64,000 nt of DNA. Origin: a virus. The notes under the pieces are model-generated. The model did not search any database. It saw only the letters and a list, made by a program, of their open reading frames with translations, and had not been told where the DNA came from. Shown piece after piece: positions 57,001-64,000 of the stretch. A program made the position numbers and the translations under genes. Where the stretch lies: IMG/VR virus record IMGVR_UViG_3300027969_000052, positions 1 through 64,000 of that record; one strand, 5' to 3'. Position 1 is the stretch's first letter, and each line of letters starts with the position of its first letter.

Positions 57001-60000
57001 CTTGCAAGTCGCTATTTACTGTTACTAATGTTCCTGCTGGATCTAATGTAATATCTCCAGACAAGCTAGAAATTGTACCACCGGCTAAACTTAAATTGCC
57101 AACCGAAATGCTTGTTGGTAGAATTGTTGCGTTATTTGTGCCGTCGGTGATTGTTAATTGATTTAATCCGCTTAGGTTAACTTGTGCGTTACCAAAACTT
57201 ACGTTACCTGTACGTTGGTTAACTGTAAACGCTGACCCCACACGGAAGTCACCGCTTTGGTCAACTGTTTGATAATATATTTTTCCGTTATTCTGTTGAA
57301 TAATTTCATTAGCTTGTACTGTTAATGAAGTGTCGTTACTTATATCGCCACCTGCACCAATATGACTTATGTTAAATGCGATTAATTTTAAGTCTGTACC
57401 AGTACCGTCGGCTGTAACACCAGTGTTACCAAATACAGCCGCACTACCGATACAGCGTAGTTCAGCACCAAACTGATGATAGTCAGCTAGAGCGATGCGT
57501 TTGGCTGTAGCACCGCCTGAAGATGCAATGTTTTGTGTTCCTTGAGCAGAGTCAATAAATCCTGTTATGCCGTTGCCACCATCCATATTCAATAACAAAA
57601 CAGTATTTGCATCTGATGTTAGGGCACTTGTTGGTGCTGTAAAGTTAGAAGGATAGCGATAATTGTTGCTGATTCTAAAATCGTCAATATAACCGTTGAG
57701 ACTATCTGCCGGTGTTGCCGCAATACCGCCGATACTAACCGGATCGGTATTGTTTACATTACCTGTTGCGCTTGAGCTACTTGCTTCAAGTGTGCCGTTT
57801 AAGAATAATTTAATTGTATTTGAAGAGCCTTGACGACTTAGTGCAACGTGATACCATTGTCCAGTGGTTAATGTCGTAACACCGGTGATAGTTACTCCTG
57901 CATGGATAGCATTTAACACATTTCCTGAAGTAACACTTACTCTAAAGTTTGAGCCGCTGACTGTACCTTTGTAAAAAATCCGTTGGGTCTTTCCTAATGC
58001 GCTTAGATAAACCCAAGCTTCTACGGTATAATTACCTGTACCAAATTGGAAATCGGCGTCGCTTAATACTTCTAGGTAATCGCCACTGCCATCAAACTTG
58101 CCAGAGGTAGGATTAAATTTCTTTTGAACGTTGCTCTGTACCGCATCGCCGTAGGTTGTTACAGTTTTGCCAGCGCGATCTGAGATGGTTTCAAAGCCGT
58201 AGCTTGGACCGGCGATATAGATATAGTTGTTAGCTGTGCTAGCAATAGTACCGGATGCCAGTACAACACTACTTGGACTAGTGTAGGTAATTGTTTCGCC
58301 GGATTTAAATACTCCGGTTACGTTTTCAAGTTTAAGTCTTGTCTTACCTGCGCCACCGTAACCAGTTGTACCAGCAACTGCGTAGATTGATTTATCGGCA
58401 AAGTATGAGAAACCGTTTAATAATTCTGCACGAGCACCGTTGGTCATATACCAACCAGTGGCATTTGGAACGATAAATGTTACTTCATTCCATAACATTG
58501 CAGGTTCTAAACTCGTTGGGTCTAGTACACTTGCATCTAAGAATGCGCCGTTACCAGCATCTGCACTTGCAAAGCCATACGGATCCGCTGAAGTTGTTAC
58601 ACTACCACGAGTGATAACTGACACACGTTCAATATATGGACTGCGTGTAGTAACCTTTGCACCGATCGCAAAGCGGAACGCATAACCTGGTTTAAAGTGT
58701 CCTGAAACAGTTAAGTCAGTAACTTGTGTTTCGCCATTTAAGTAGAAACAAGATAATGTATTTGTTGCAGTAGTTGGTAAAATTGTAGTAGAACGAATAC
58801 CTTGACCATGGATTGTTACCCCTTGCGGAACAACTAACGGCCATGTTTCGTAATAACTACCTGTAAGTATTTGAATAGTATCACCAGACTGTGCTAGACT
58901 AAGCGCATATTTTAGTGTTTTAACTGGGCTTTGTAGTCTATGACCATCATTAGTATCACTTCCTTGATCGCTAACATACCATACATTTGGATCGTATTTT
59001 AATAAATCAATACCGTTGGCCCATACTGTACCATTGCCAGTACCAGTTGTAAGATATAAGTTATTGCCAATCGACGTAATTGTGTTTACATTAACTACTT
59101 GATTAAATGTTGCTGTGCCACCAAATGTACTGCCACCATTAACTTGTAATACGTTACTTGCAGAACTCCAGATTGTTAAAGTGCTCTGTAGGTTTAGATT
59201 ATTTGTAATACCCACGCCGCCATTGACAACTAATGCTCCAGACCCTGTGCTAGTTGACATTTCACCAGAGTTAATCTTTAAGCTGGAATTAATTACACCG
59301 CCAGAGAAGTTGTTAATTGTTGCAGATGTAACAATCTCAGCACCATTTAAGTATGCCTTGTCTGTGATCATTAACGTCTTAGCAAAAATACCACCTAGTA
59401 CCTGTACCGCGTTTGTTGAAGTGACTGTTGTACTTGTTGTAGTGTTTAAAACTATTAATTGATTAGTAGTAGTGTTTCCGCGAGTAGTTACTGTTTGTAG
59501 TGTAGAATTATTTCCTACTAATACAGAACCGCTGTTTGGATTGGCTCCTACCAAAGTATTAGCGTAACTAAAAGAAATGTCGCTATAAATGCCGCCTTGC
59601 GCCCCAATGTCTGTTATACCCGAGTTGAATAACGATACAACTCCTGTGGTACCAGTAAGTGTGCCGACATAAGTTTGGATGCCACCGTTGCCTGCTTGAA
59701 CAGCTAGTACACCAGTGTTTGTCAATGCTACATTTAGTACTGAACCCGTAAATATAGACGATTGTACTAAAATTCCGCCCCATGTGCTAGTTGTAATATT
59801 AACGTTGGTTACAACTCTATTGCCGCCGTCGAATACTCGTGTAGCATAAACATCTTGTCCAACTCCAATACCACCTGCAACAATTAAGTCGCCTGTTGTT
59901 GTACTTGTACTGTTTGTATTGTTAACTAAACTTAGTTGACCAAAACGTGCAGAGCCCCATTCTCCGTTAAACGGATTTGGTACAGTCTTATCAGTGGCCG

Positions 60001-61387
60001 TTGATAAATTCTTTAAGAATACTAATTCGCCAGTATTTGACTGACGCCCTAAGAAACTATGAGCATAGGCATTAGCATTTGTACCTGTATTATAACTTAG
60101 TAATAAACCGCGGTCTAAGCCGTCGTTGATTGCTAGCGGAGTACCGTTTAATCCCCCACCTAGTTCAATTGCCGCGTCGGCAAATAATGTTTGTGTTGAG
60201 TTAACAACGACTGTAGTATAACTACCTACAACTGTTAAACCGCCATAGATAACTGCATCGCCGGCAACAGATAAATTCTTTCCAATGTTGACATTTTCAC
60301 CTACACCAACACCGCCATCGACTACTAGGGCACCTGTCTGCGTACTTATTGAGCTAGTAGTATTTTGAATACGTAGGGTATTTGTAATAATACCGCCAAT
60401 ATATTGATTGATTGTAGAACTTGTAACAACAATCGCACCGTTGATATAGCTAGTGTTAGCAACGTTGAGCTGTCTTGCTCCGATGCTTCCTAATACGTTT
60501 AATGCGTTGCCTGTAGCAGTATTGTTACCTACTACTAGACTATTAAGATCAATTGTTTGGTCAGTATAGTTTCCTCGACCAACAACATCTTGTAATGTGC
60601 TGGCTACTGTAAGTGTAACGTTTCCGGTTGCTTGATCAACTGTAAGATCAGTACCGCCAGCAATAATGCTTAGTACACCACTGTTTTCAATTGTAACAGT
60701 ACCTGTTGACGTGCTTACACTAATTCCGCTACCACTAACTAGCGATGTTACGCCGGTGTTTGTTAAAGTGATAGTTGCAGTATATCCAGACTGGACTGCT
60801 TTGGCAGAAATATAACTGTTACTGTTAAACTGAACAGTTGTTAATAAGTGCTGTTTAGATCCGTAAGCATCGCCACTGATAAATGTTGTGCCTGATGTGT
60901 ATTGATTTCCGCCAATGTGGACATCTCTTCCAATACCGACGCCGCCAGGAGTTATTAAAGCACCTGTTGTTGTGCTAGTTGAATTCGTTGTTGTATTAAT
61001 TGTCAGCGGTGCAGTAATAATACCGCCCTGGAAACCTTCAGCTTCTGTTAAGATTCGAGAGCCTTTGATTACTCCAATACCACTTAAATTAATATTTGTA
61101 GCAAAAATGCCGCCAGAAACTTGCAGGGCATTGCCTTCTGCGCTAATAGTTGAAGTATTAACTGCTGTTGAAAGTATTTTAGTTACATCATTTACTTGGA
61201 GGGCTTGCAGAGTTGCACTGGTTAAAACATTTAATGTTTTTCCAATGAAGACATCGCCACCAATACCGACGCCGCCGGGGGTGATAATAGCACCCGTTTG
61301 GGTACCAGTCGAAATATATTGTGTACTACTTGAAGCCCTTACGACAAGGCCATTCTTTACGATAAAATCGTCATTATACGAAGCCAT
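48068..61387 (-). CDS. giant 4439-aa repetitive fibre protein
   Basis: More than 40 (manual count) S/T-rich TGAL.V.GG.GIG and NAL.V.GGIGA repeats; VWYVS..GSD.NDG beta-helix-like start; LamG domain (FDGSGDYL...TVEAW...WYHVAL...GYIDDFRIS); C-terminal KSFLIDHP...EGPENGVYVRG domain; GGAG SD. Confidence 0.88.
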   Translation of the reverse strand: MASYNDDFIVKNGLVVRASSSTQYISTGTQTGAIITPGGVGIGGDVFIGKTLNVLTSATLQALQVNDVTKILSTAVNTSTISAEGNALQVSGGIFATNINLSGIGVIKGSRILTEAEGFQGGIITAPLTINTTTNSTSTTTGALITPGGVGIGRDVHIGGNQYTSGTTFISGDAYGSKQHLLTTVQFNSNSYISAKAVQSGYTATITLTNTGVTSLVSGSGISVSTSTGTVTIENSGVLSIIAGGTDLTVDQATGNVTLTVASTLQDVVGRGNYTDQTIDLNSLVVGNNTATGNALNVLGSIGARQLNVANTSYINGAIVVTSSTINQYIGGIITNTLRIQNTTSSISTQTGALVVDGGVGVGENVNIGKNLSVAGDAVIYGGLTVVGSYTTVVVNSTQTLFADAAIELGGGLNGTPLAINDGLDRGLLLSYNTGTNANAYAHSFLGRQSNTGELVFLKNLSTATDKTVPNPFNGEWGSARFGQLSLVNNTNSTSTTTGDLIVAGGIGVGQDVYATRVFDGGNRVVTNVNITTSTWGGILVQSSIFTGSVLNVALTNTGVLAVQAGNGGIQTYVGTLTGTTGVVSLFNSGITDIGAQGGIYSDISFSYANTLVGANPNSGSVLVGNNSTLQTVTTRGNTTTNQLIVLNTTTSTTVTSTNAVQVLGGIFAKTLMITDKAYLNGAEIVTSATINNFSGGVINSSLKINSGEMSTSTGSGALVVNGGVGITNNLNLQSTLTIWSSASNVLQVNGGSTFGGTATFNQVVNVNTITSIGNNLYLTTGTGNGTVWANGIDLLKYDPNVWYVSDQGSDTNDGHRLQSPVKTLKYALSLAQSGDTIQILTGSYYETWPLVVPQGVTIHGQGIRSTTILPTTATNTLSCFYLNGETQVTDLTVSGHFKPGYAFRFAIGAKVTTRSPYIERVSVITRGSVTTSADPYGFASADAGNGAFLDASVLDPTSLEPAMLWNEVTFIVPNATGWYMTNGARAELLNGFSYFADKSIYAVAGTTGYGGAGKTRLKLENVTGVFKSGETITYTSPSSVVLASGTIASTANNYIYIAGPSYGFETISDRAGKTVTTYGDAVQSNVQKKFNPTSGKFDGSGDYLEVLSDADFQFGTGNYTVEAWVYLSALGKTQRIFYKGTVSGSNFRVSVTSGNVLNAIHAGVTITGVTTLTTGQWYHVALSRQGSSNTIKLFLNGTLEASSSSATGNVNNTDPVSIGGIAATPADSLNGYIDDFRISNNYRYPSNFTAPTSALTSDANTVLLLNMDGGNGITGFIDSAQGTQNIASSGGATAKRIALADYHQFGAELRCIGSAAVFGNTGVTADGTGTDLKLIAFNISHIGAGGDISNDTSLTVQANEIIQQNNGKIYYQTVDQSGDFRVGSAFTVNQRTGNVSFGNAQVNLSGLNQLTITDGTNNATILPTSISVGNLSLAGGTISSLSGDITLDPAGTLVTVNSDLQVNGAFSVQTLAVPGLTQSTSTTTGALTVGGGAGIGGNVNIGGTFTTLVTASSTSSIAGNAIQAINGGLGAKTLYVEQDAWIGTNRVVTTATIGASLGGIVPNALHITNLDPNTGNTNSGALIVDGGVGIGGNLTVGGNLTLLGGGSVLTNVTVTTDAYIGASVTKSGTTATINIVNLGVQSLSAGSGISVSASTGTITVASTDTLSDVTARGATTAAAISLTSTALNSATIANNALSVTGGIGADSLYIARFGYLQGAELVTTATLGQAFSSSTQVTGQFNITNTASNAFVLAGGAQIGGTVTIQGSLNVAGTVTSINSTSVDIGTKVVFLSTLTGSAALSAGSGIIVGKDDNNANTDWATWTFDGGSPGNWQSGNGIIPLRNDLELGITGGYWWKSLRVKDIYYDTASSTSTVFSTSTIAGNSLMTTGGIAGKSLYLTTDGWINNERIITTGNLATYAATFDGGTIHNDLIQVSTTDASSTITGAIRVVGGVGIGYNLRVGRTVYASDLNITNTAQIQSITTSSAVNSGALVVSGGVGIGQNLRVNTSLDVGTYITAGGNITGANLYANSGLLGLLNATQNQITALGPLEIGSANNLDLVSVSSDINLLPLGKVYIDGDLEVYLGQTRLNSNVAAVSSTTGALTALGGISTQQSLYVWNNIRQQVGTFVNNYSTASSTSSITGNTIQSLQGGIGAQTLYLAQSGWINGSQIITTGTLNSFTGGNISNPLRITNLTDSTSTTTGALVVDGGVGIGKNLVVGGNTYLQGNLFIDGATFDIQSNTIQTGDKLIYVSTGASSSLLATNSGIGVGPVGSAYATWLFDNASTSWKSTVSITGDTNHSLGIALNPWGTAYVNTVYVRSNITATNTTTGSLQVLGGGAFSENVYIGTSRANTLTNTNNALTTLGGAYIGGSLKVTGEAWINNSPIITANSAYDVMLTSVTDSLSTQSGALQVAGGLGVGKNIQVGEKIFINSLYASTVTNTDNALVVSGGGYFNSLMVNTIATVNGGIVITTATIGDYAFNGGTINKAIVINSATQATSTITGAFQITNGGAGIGGNLFLGGYLNIAGTSTFLSTATFKTISAGTATFTTATVTSNIVNTSTAAGNAFQVTGGGSFGYLRVATAAWVNGSPVVTAANINNFSGGTINNPLTINDPTQATSTITGALKVTNGGLGVGGNIWSGGSLNTIDTTGSVDGYLGANGLLTALNVGTNNINKPVDVIVNNVPVARFNDSQQFAIGGNHNPIYGVDVLTPYSPTWSSNTVSNYLSLRSSYWSDIFSANTPRLAFAATSNDSGATFENWLASGEQTAGNAQPLVFGGGAWADSNDTTVNTVVEWARFTGTGNFQLKNNVIVTSNNVSTSTIANNSLAVTGGIGARKIYLTENGWIAGSPIITAATIASYQFNGGTITTPLYVNTNTQAVNATSGAIRTAGGISAVGNIWAGANFYGNLIATNVTATNINAAGSPLTIAGTVQVTTATTATVSGGSINGAGIWATGGIAANQNIIVGSSMINTGTIAGNAVQAINGGVGAKTLFLEQEGWINGSPIITAATINSFSGGEVANQLYLSNTTDATNTSTGALRVLGGVGIGKNLWVGADLNVLGNLYVDGTTFTLSSTNIETGNKVIYLSTSSPNAGAAVGAGIAVGNSTAPYISLLFNGISSWSSNGNIIPSTAGGFSLGDSTNLWNTVHSQSVRSYAVTDASSTQTGALQTIGGAGIGRNLFVGGTATIVSSAFNLTTSTGNALTSLGGIGGRYLTIDVAGYIGGSQVLTAANIGAYSFNGGIVNSAIVVNTNTNADATLTTGSIRTIGGVAITRDLFLGGYEVIQSAIFNTSTIANNALSVTGGIGARSLYLSTEGWINGSPIVTAANINSFSGGQINSSLIINDPTQATSTLTGALKVLNGGVGVGGNIYNGGLHVVGVTLNQQSTNTQTGSLQVLGGAGISGNTYVAGQGYFGGNVGIQTPTPGVALEVNGNFVAGAYNSSRVQITGAGGSNAIYEIATTESSPRWQIGRDLLGTGVSGIAFMNGTQALATGGAAVGAVQGLNGYLGFYTSNGTSQTLRGVVSSGASGGDWGIGVAGAPLAKLDVRGKLRVQVGNDDNIFLSNNVNQYTNVQITRTATGSSADLRIGASAASANFLPTAAQGDAVITFGQAILFGQQSSFEVARLNGSQFYISTATQSLSTQSGALRVDGGVGIGGDVYVGGIFTSTGAAYHASAIASTSSKSGNALVVTGGIGAASLWLDNSAWINGYQVVTTQNVGSFTGAFDGGTINNPLFIRNQTDSGSTGSGALYTLGGVGITKQLYVGGNTTLAGSLTTISGIGTIANATQATSTTTAALKITNGGLGVGGNAWVGGYINVGTTATIGGTVDLSAGNYANFGGNARIRRNTSTTSFDIETANTVRVQVLDTGELVELSTINATNTATGALQVRGGAAIGNGLVVGGITTLLGDTQLQSMTAAGAVQFTNATSATSTLTGAVRITGGLGVQGDIYARNIYANGALVGTGGSGGSGGSSTSTEFINVYTGTVSLSTITGALTVVGGAGIGKDMFVGGPIVVNRTFIDSSANIQVGGNTEASGASVANGVYSQGGNLLVQSSDYSQANWSKFNSTFQAGSTTSPDGTLNGTKLIETGATGGHYFQQTISQTGPVTYSAYLKAAERTFGILNITVGGQAHAAWFNLSTGAAGNTVSGLYPTTSRIETLPYGASSGWYRCSVTVWAPSSASATAVGVYAALGNDTAISGTLSAYTGTAGNGLYVFGSQAEPGYYSGAYVATAGSASTPASNIYAGGSLYVANTATVAGSTVTTQATLMSQFGGTTVNSLVINNATNSTSTTTGALQIINGGIGVGGNVYVGGTLVATAKSFLIDHPSKAGHKLQYGSLEGPENGVYVRGRLTNSSVIELPDYWKDLIDESTMTVDLTPIGKHQKLYVETVTAKTIVVGNDNMINKSVNCFYVVWAERKDIDKLKVEYKK

Positions 61388-61459
61388 TAGTTTCCCTCTC
61401 CACGTCTGGCAAAATGTTGCGTTATGACTTATTTACCAAGAAAAGAGAAACTAGGGTTT

Positions 61460-64000
61460 TTAACGACTTAGAGTGGTTCTATGCACCTTAATGATCATGC
61501 TAGTTGGAACATAATTTGGAGTAAATCTTAACTGGATATCACTGCCGTTTAGGGCGGCTTCAAAATCTCCTAGATCTCCAAAGTTACTGCTCATGCCGTA
61601 TTCTTGTATATAAACTCCGCCAATTGTATCGTGATAGATAATTAGCTCTGTTACATACATTCTGTTGGCTTGTCCGCCCGCAGTATTATCAACAACCTGT
61701 ATAAAGTACTTGGCAGATTGGTAAGTTCCTGTGGCAAAAGTATCTAAGTTTACTACAGTTTGCGATGTAATTGCAGAACTTGTATATGTAAGAATTTGGC
61801 TATTTCCAACATACATTGTGTTAGCATTAACATCCAAGTATCCGTCAATATTAACATCACCTGCAATTCCAACACCGCCAGCAACTTGTAAGGCGCCGCT
61901 TGTTGCGTTTGTACTTACGCTTGTATCAGCAATCTTTACTTTTCCGTTAGCAACATACAAGCTCCAAGCATTAGATACTGTAGCACTTCCACCAGCTGTT
62001 GGTGCTCCTGCTACTGTAACTGTTGCCGCGTTAGTGTAGTTTACGCTATTTGTTGAACTAATTACCGGAGCACCAAATGCGCTTACATACGTTAGTGCTA
62101 CAACGCCATTGCTTGAATTATCTGTATATGTAGCGGCTGGCACTGATAATGCAATACCAGTAGTGCCCCAGGCGCCCGATGTTACGTCCCCGCTTCGAGT
62201 AATAGTACCTGTAGAAACAAAACTTCCGCCATTGATGCTGTTTACAGCGTAAATTGCACCGCCGACGCCTACTCCGCCCTTAACAGTTAGCGCACCAAAT
62301 GCAGTACCTGTACTTTGAGTTGAGTCGTATACGCCTGATTTTGGAAGTTGTAATGTTCCGGCAACAACCGTTGCAGTTAATCCACCAATGTCAATAGTGC
62401 TTGAACTAACAAACAATGTACCCCAACGTTTAGATGCACTACCGATATTGTAAGCACCGTCAACTGCGGGAGTCAAGTGGCCGTTCATTATTGTGTTTGC
62501 ACCTACTGCTAATCCACCGTCAATTACTACTGCGGCCGATGTTGTGGTAGTTGCTGTTGTAGCGTTTGCTACTCTTACAATTCCGTTAATTAATGCACCG
62601 CCTGCTAATGTTACAGAGCTTGTGCCTGTTGTGTTAACCGTAATGCCATTTGCGTTGAATACTGTTGTAGTATTGCTTGCAATAACAACGTCTATATGGC
62701 GATCAATGCCTGCGTTATAAACAGTAATGCTAGATGTACTAACAAAAATTGCAGGAGGATCTAATCCCTCGTATCCATCTTGGCCAACAATTTTTCCACC
62801 CACATATAATTTCTTACCAATACCAACACCGCCTAGGACTTGTAAGGCGCCGCTAAATGTATTATTAGCTAGTGTTGTGTTGTCTAAGAAAATTTGTTGA
62901 TCTGTTGTGTTTCCTCTTACAGTAATCGACTGTAATGTACTTGTATTCCATACAGTAATTGCTCCAGTAGCCGCGCTTACTGCTGTATCTGTGCCCGCTG
63001 TTAAGGCTGTTACACCTGAGTTAATTAAGAATACAGAACCTGTTGATGTAGTGGCTGTAATACCATCACCGATTGTTCCAAGACTGTAAACACCCAGGTT
63101 AGTAATAATAACAGAACCAGTAGTTTGGTTTACACCAATACCTGATCCAGCTGACGCACTTGTAACACCTAAGTTAATTAAAGTCACACTTCCTGTGCTG
63201 GTTGAAGCACGTAAACCGGGACCGCTTGTAGCTAAATTTACAACACCAATGTTTGTAACTGTTGTAACACCGCTTGTTCCTGTGTTTATAATTTTAATAC
63301 CTTCACCAGCATCTAGATTTAGAATACCTGTGTTGGTCATTGTGATTGTTACACCATTGGTTGCTGTAGTAACTGCTCCAGATAATCCGGGACCAGTTAC
63401 TAAGTGAATATCTGTTGTAACCTTACGGCCATTAACATAAAAATCGCTAGCGTTAACTACGCCGCCGACCCATAAATCTCCGCCAATACCTGCACCACCA
63501 TCATGAATGATCAATGCACCTGTTAATGTACTAGTTGCGCTAGTGCCGTTTGTAATAACAACTGGGTTATAAACTTCGCCGCCGTTGTATGCTGTAGCTG
63601 TTGTTAAAACATATCCACGGACAATAACATCTCCGTCTACATAAACGTTCTTGCCAACACCAATGCCTCCGGCTACTGTTAGTGCGCCTGTTACTGTAGA
63701 AATTGCATTTTGAAGATCGTTCATGCGTACACGGCCGTCAAACCAAGTGTATCCTCCAGCATAAATGCCACCAGTAACCTGCAAGTCACCTGTGCCTACA
63801 CCGCTCGAAGCTAATCCGCCTTGAAGTTCTAGTCCAGCAAATACGGCGCCGCCAAGTGTGCCTGTTGATCCGAACGGATTTGGAACATCAGTAACGCCGC
63901 CTGGCCAAATGTTTGTACGATAAGTTAGTTTACCGCTAGTATTAACGCGACCCAAAAATGCGTGAGCATCTGTATTAATATTTGCGCCGCTGTTATAATG
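61460..64000 (-). CDS. repetitive fibre protein (5' part beyond window)
   Basis: Frame stays open to 64000 (HYNSGANINTDAHAFLGR); same TGAL.V.GG repeats; C-terminal DTF...YQSAKYFIQV...EYG...LRFTP domain. Confidence 0.85.
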   Translation of the reverse strand, partial: HYNSGANINTDAHAFLGRVNTSGKLTYRTNIWPGGVTDVPNPFGSTGTLGGAVFAGLELQGGLASSGVGTGDLQVTGGIYAGGYTWFDGRVRMNDLQNAISTVTGALTVAGGIGVGKNVYVDGDVIVRGYVLTTATAYNGGEVYNPVVITNGTSATSTLTGALIIHDGGAGIGGDLWVGGVVNASDFYVNGRKVTTDIHLVTGPGLSGAVTTATNGVTITMTNTGILNLDAGEGIKIINTGTSGVTTVTNIGVVNLATSGPGLRASTSTGSVTLINLGVTSASAGSGIGVNQTTGSVIITNLGVYSLGTIGDGITATTSTGSVFLINSGVTALTAGTDTAVSAATGAITVWNTSTLQSITVRGNTTDQQIFLDNTTLANNTFSGALQVLGGVGIGKKLYVGGKIVGQDGYEGLDPPAIFVSTSSITVYNAGIDRHIDVVIASNTTTVFNANGITVNTTGTSSVTLAGGALINGIVRVANATTATTTTSAAVVIDGGLAVGANTIMNGHLTPAVDGAYNIGSASKRWGTLFVSSSTIDIGGLTATVVAGTLQLPKSGVYDSTQSTGTAFGALTVKGGVGVGGAIYAVNSINGGSFVSTGTITRSGDVTSGAWGTTGIALSVPAATYTDNSSNGVVALTYVSAFGAPVISSTNSVNYTNAATVTVAGAPTAGGSATVSNAWSLYVANGKVKIADTSVSTNATSGALQVAGGVGIAGDVNIDGYLDVNANTMYVGNSQILTYTSSAITSQTVVNLDTFATGTYQSAKYFIQVVDNTAGGQANRMYVTELIIYHDTIGGVYIQEYGMSSNFGDLGDFEAALNGSDIQLRFTPNYVPTSMIIKVHRTTLSR

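Noticed and set aside
48402-63407. Many plus-strand ORFs (60-177 aa, rich in P/V/A) opposite the fibre genes
   Set aside because: These are antisense shadows of Gly/Thr-rich repeats, with no SD, promoter or recognisable domain
1-64000. Stop-codon reassignment, as in some large phages
   Set aside because: Core genes are full length in code 11, and TAA, TAG and TGA all occur at plausible gene ends
1-64000. CRISPR array, tRNA or rRNA genes
   Set aside because: Intergenic gaps are short; no spaced identical repeats or cloverleaf sequences were recognised by eye

Overview
This window is an internal segment of a large T4-like myovirus genome, probably a jumbo phage, read in the standard genetic code. 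No host chromosome, rRNA, tRNA or CRISPR array is visible. From left to right: (1) 1-9.1 kb is an accessory region with small genes, a pirin, GT9-like, hotdog-like and kinase-like genes, Mtd_N-type fibre genes, a degenerate glutaredoxin, a Pol-beta-type nucleotidyltransferase and a YqgE/AlgH gene. (2) 9.1-22 kb is the replication/recombination block: gp41 helicase, gp61-like primase, a 189-aa miniature DnaE core, clamp-loader small subunit, UvsW, UvsY, UvsX and gp32. (3) 22-40.4 kb covers packaging, head, neck and tail: terminase subunits, gp4, tail tube, a 1119-aa sheath, dNMP kinase, LysM-M23 peptidase, gp13/14/15 and a Nudix hydrolase. (4) 40.4-64 kb is a fibre region with a 4439-aa repeat protein, a LamG protein and an S74-chaperone fibre. 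The best candidate for an undescribed system is the four-gene late operon at 40369-44891. It lies directly downstream of the S74 fibre and encodes a Gly/aromatic-rich propeller-like protein, a fibre-assembly-like protein, a coiled-coil protein and a U32 (Fe-S hydroxylase family)-SAM methyltransferase fusion. This suggests a hydroxylate-then-methylate modification system linked to the fibre tip. Other signals read from the DNA: many apparently leaderless genes, an ATT start for gp15, T4 capsid-targeting-like N-termini on enzymes, and a duplicated gene-start scar around the pirin cassette. All product calls come from motif recognition by eye; no database search was run.
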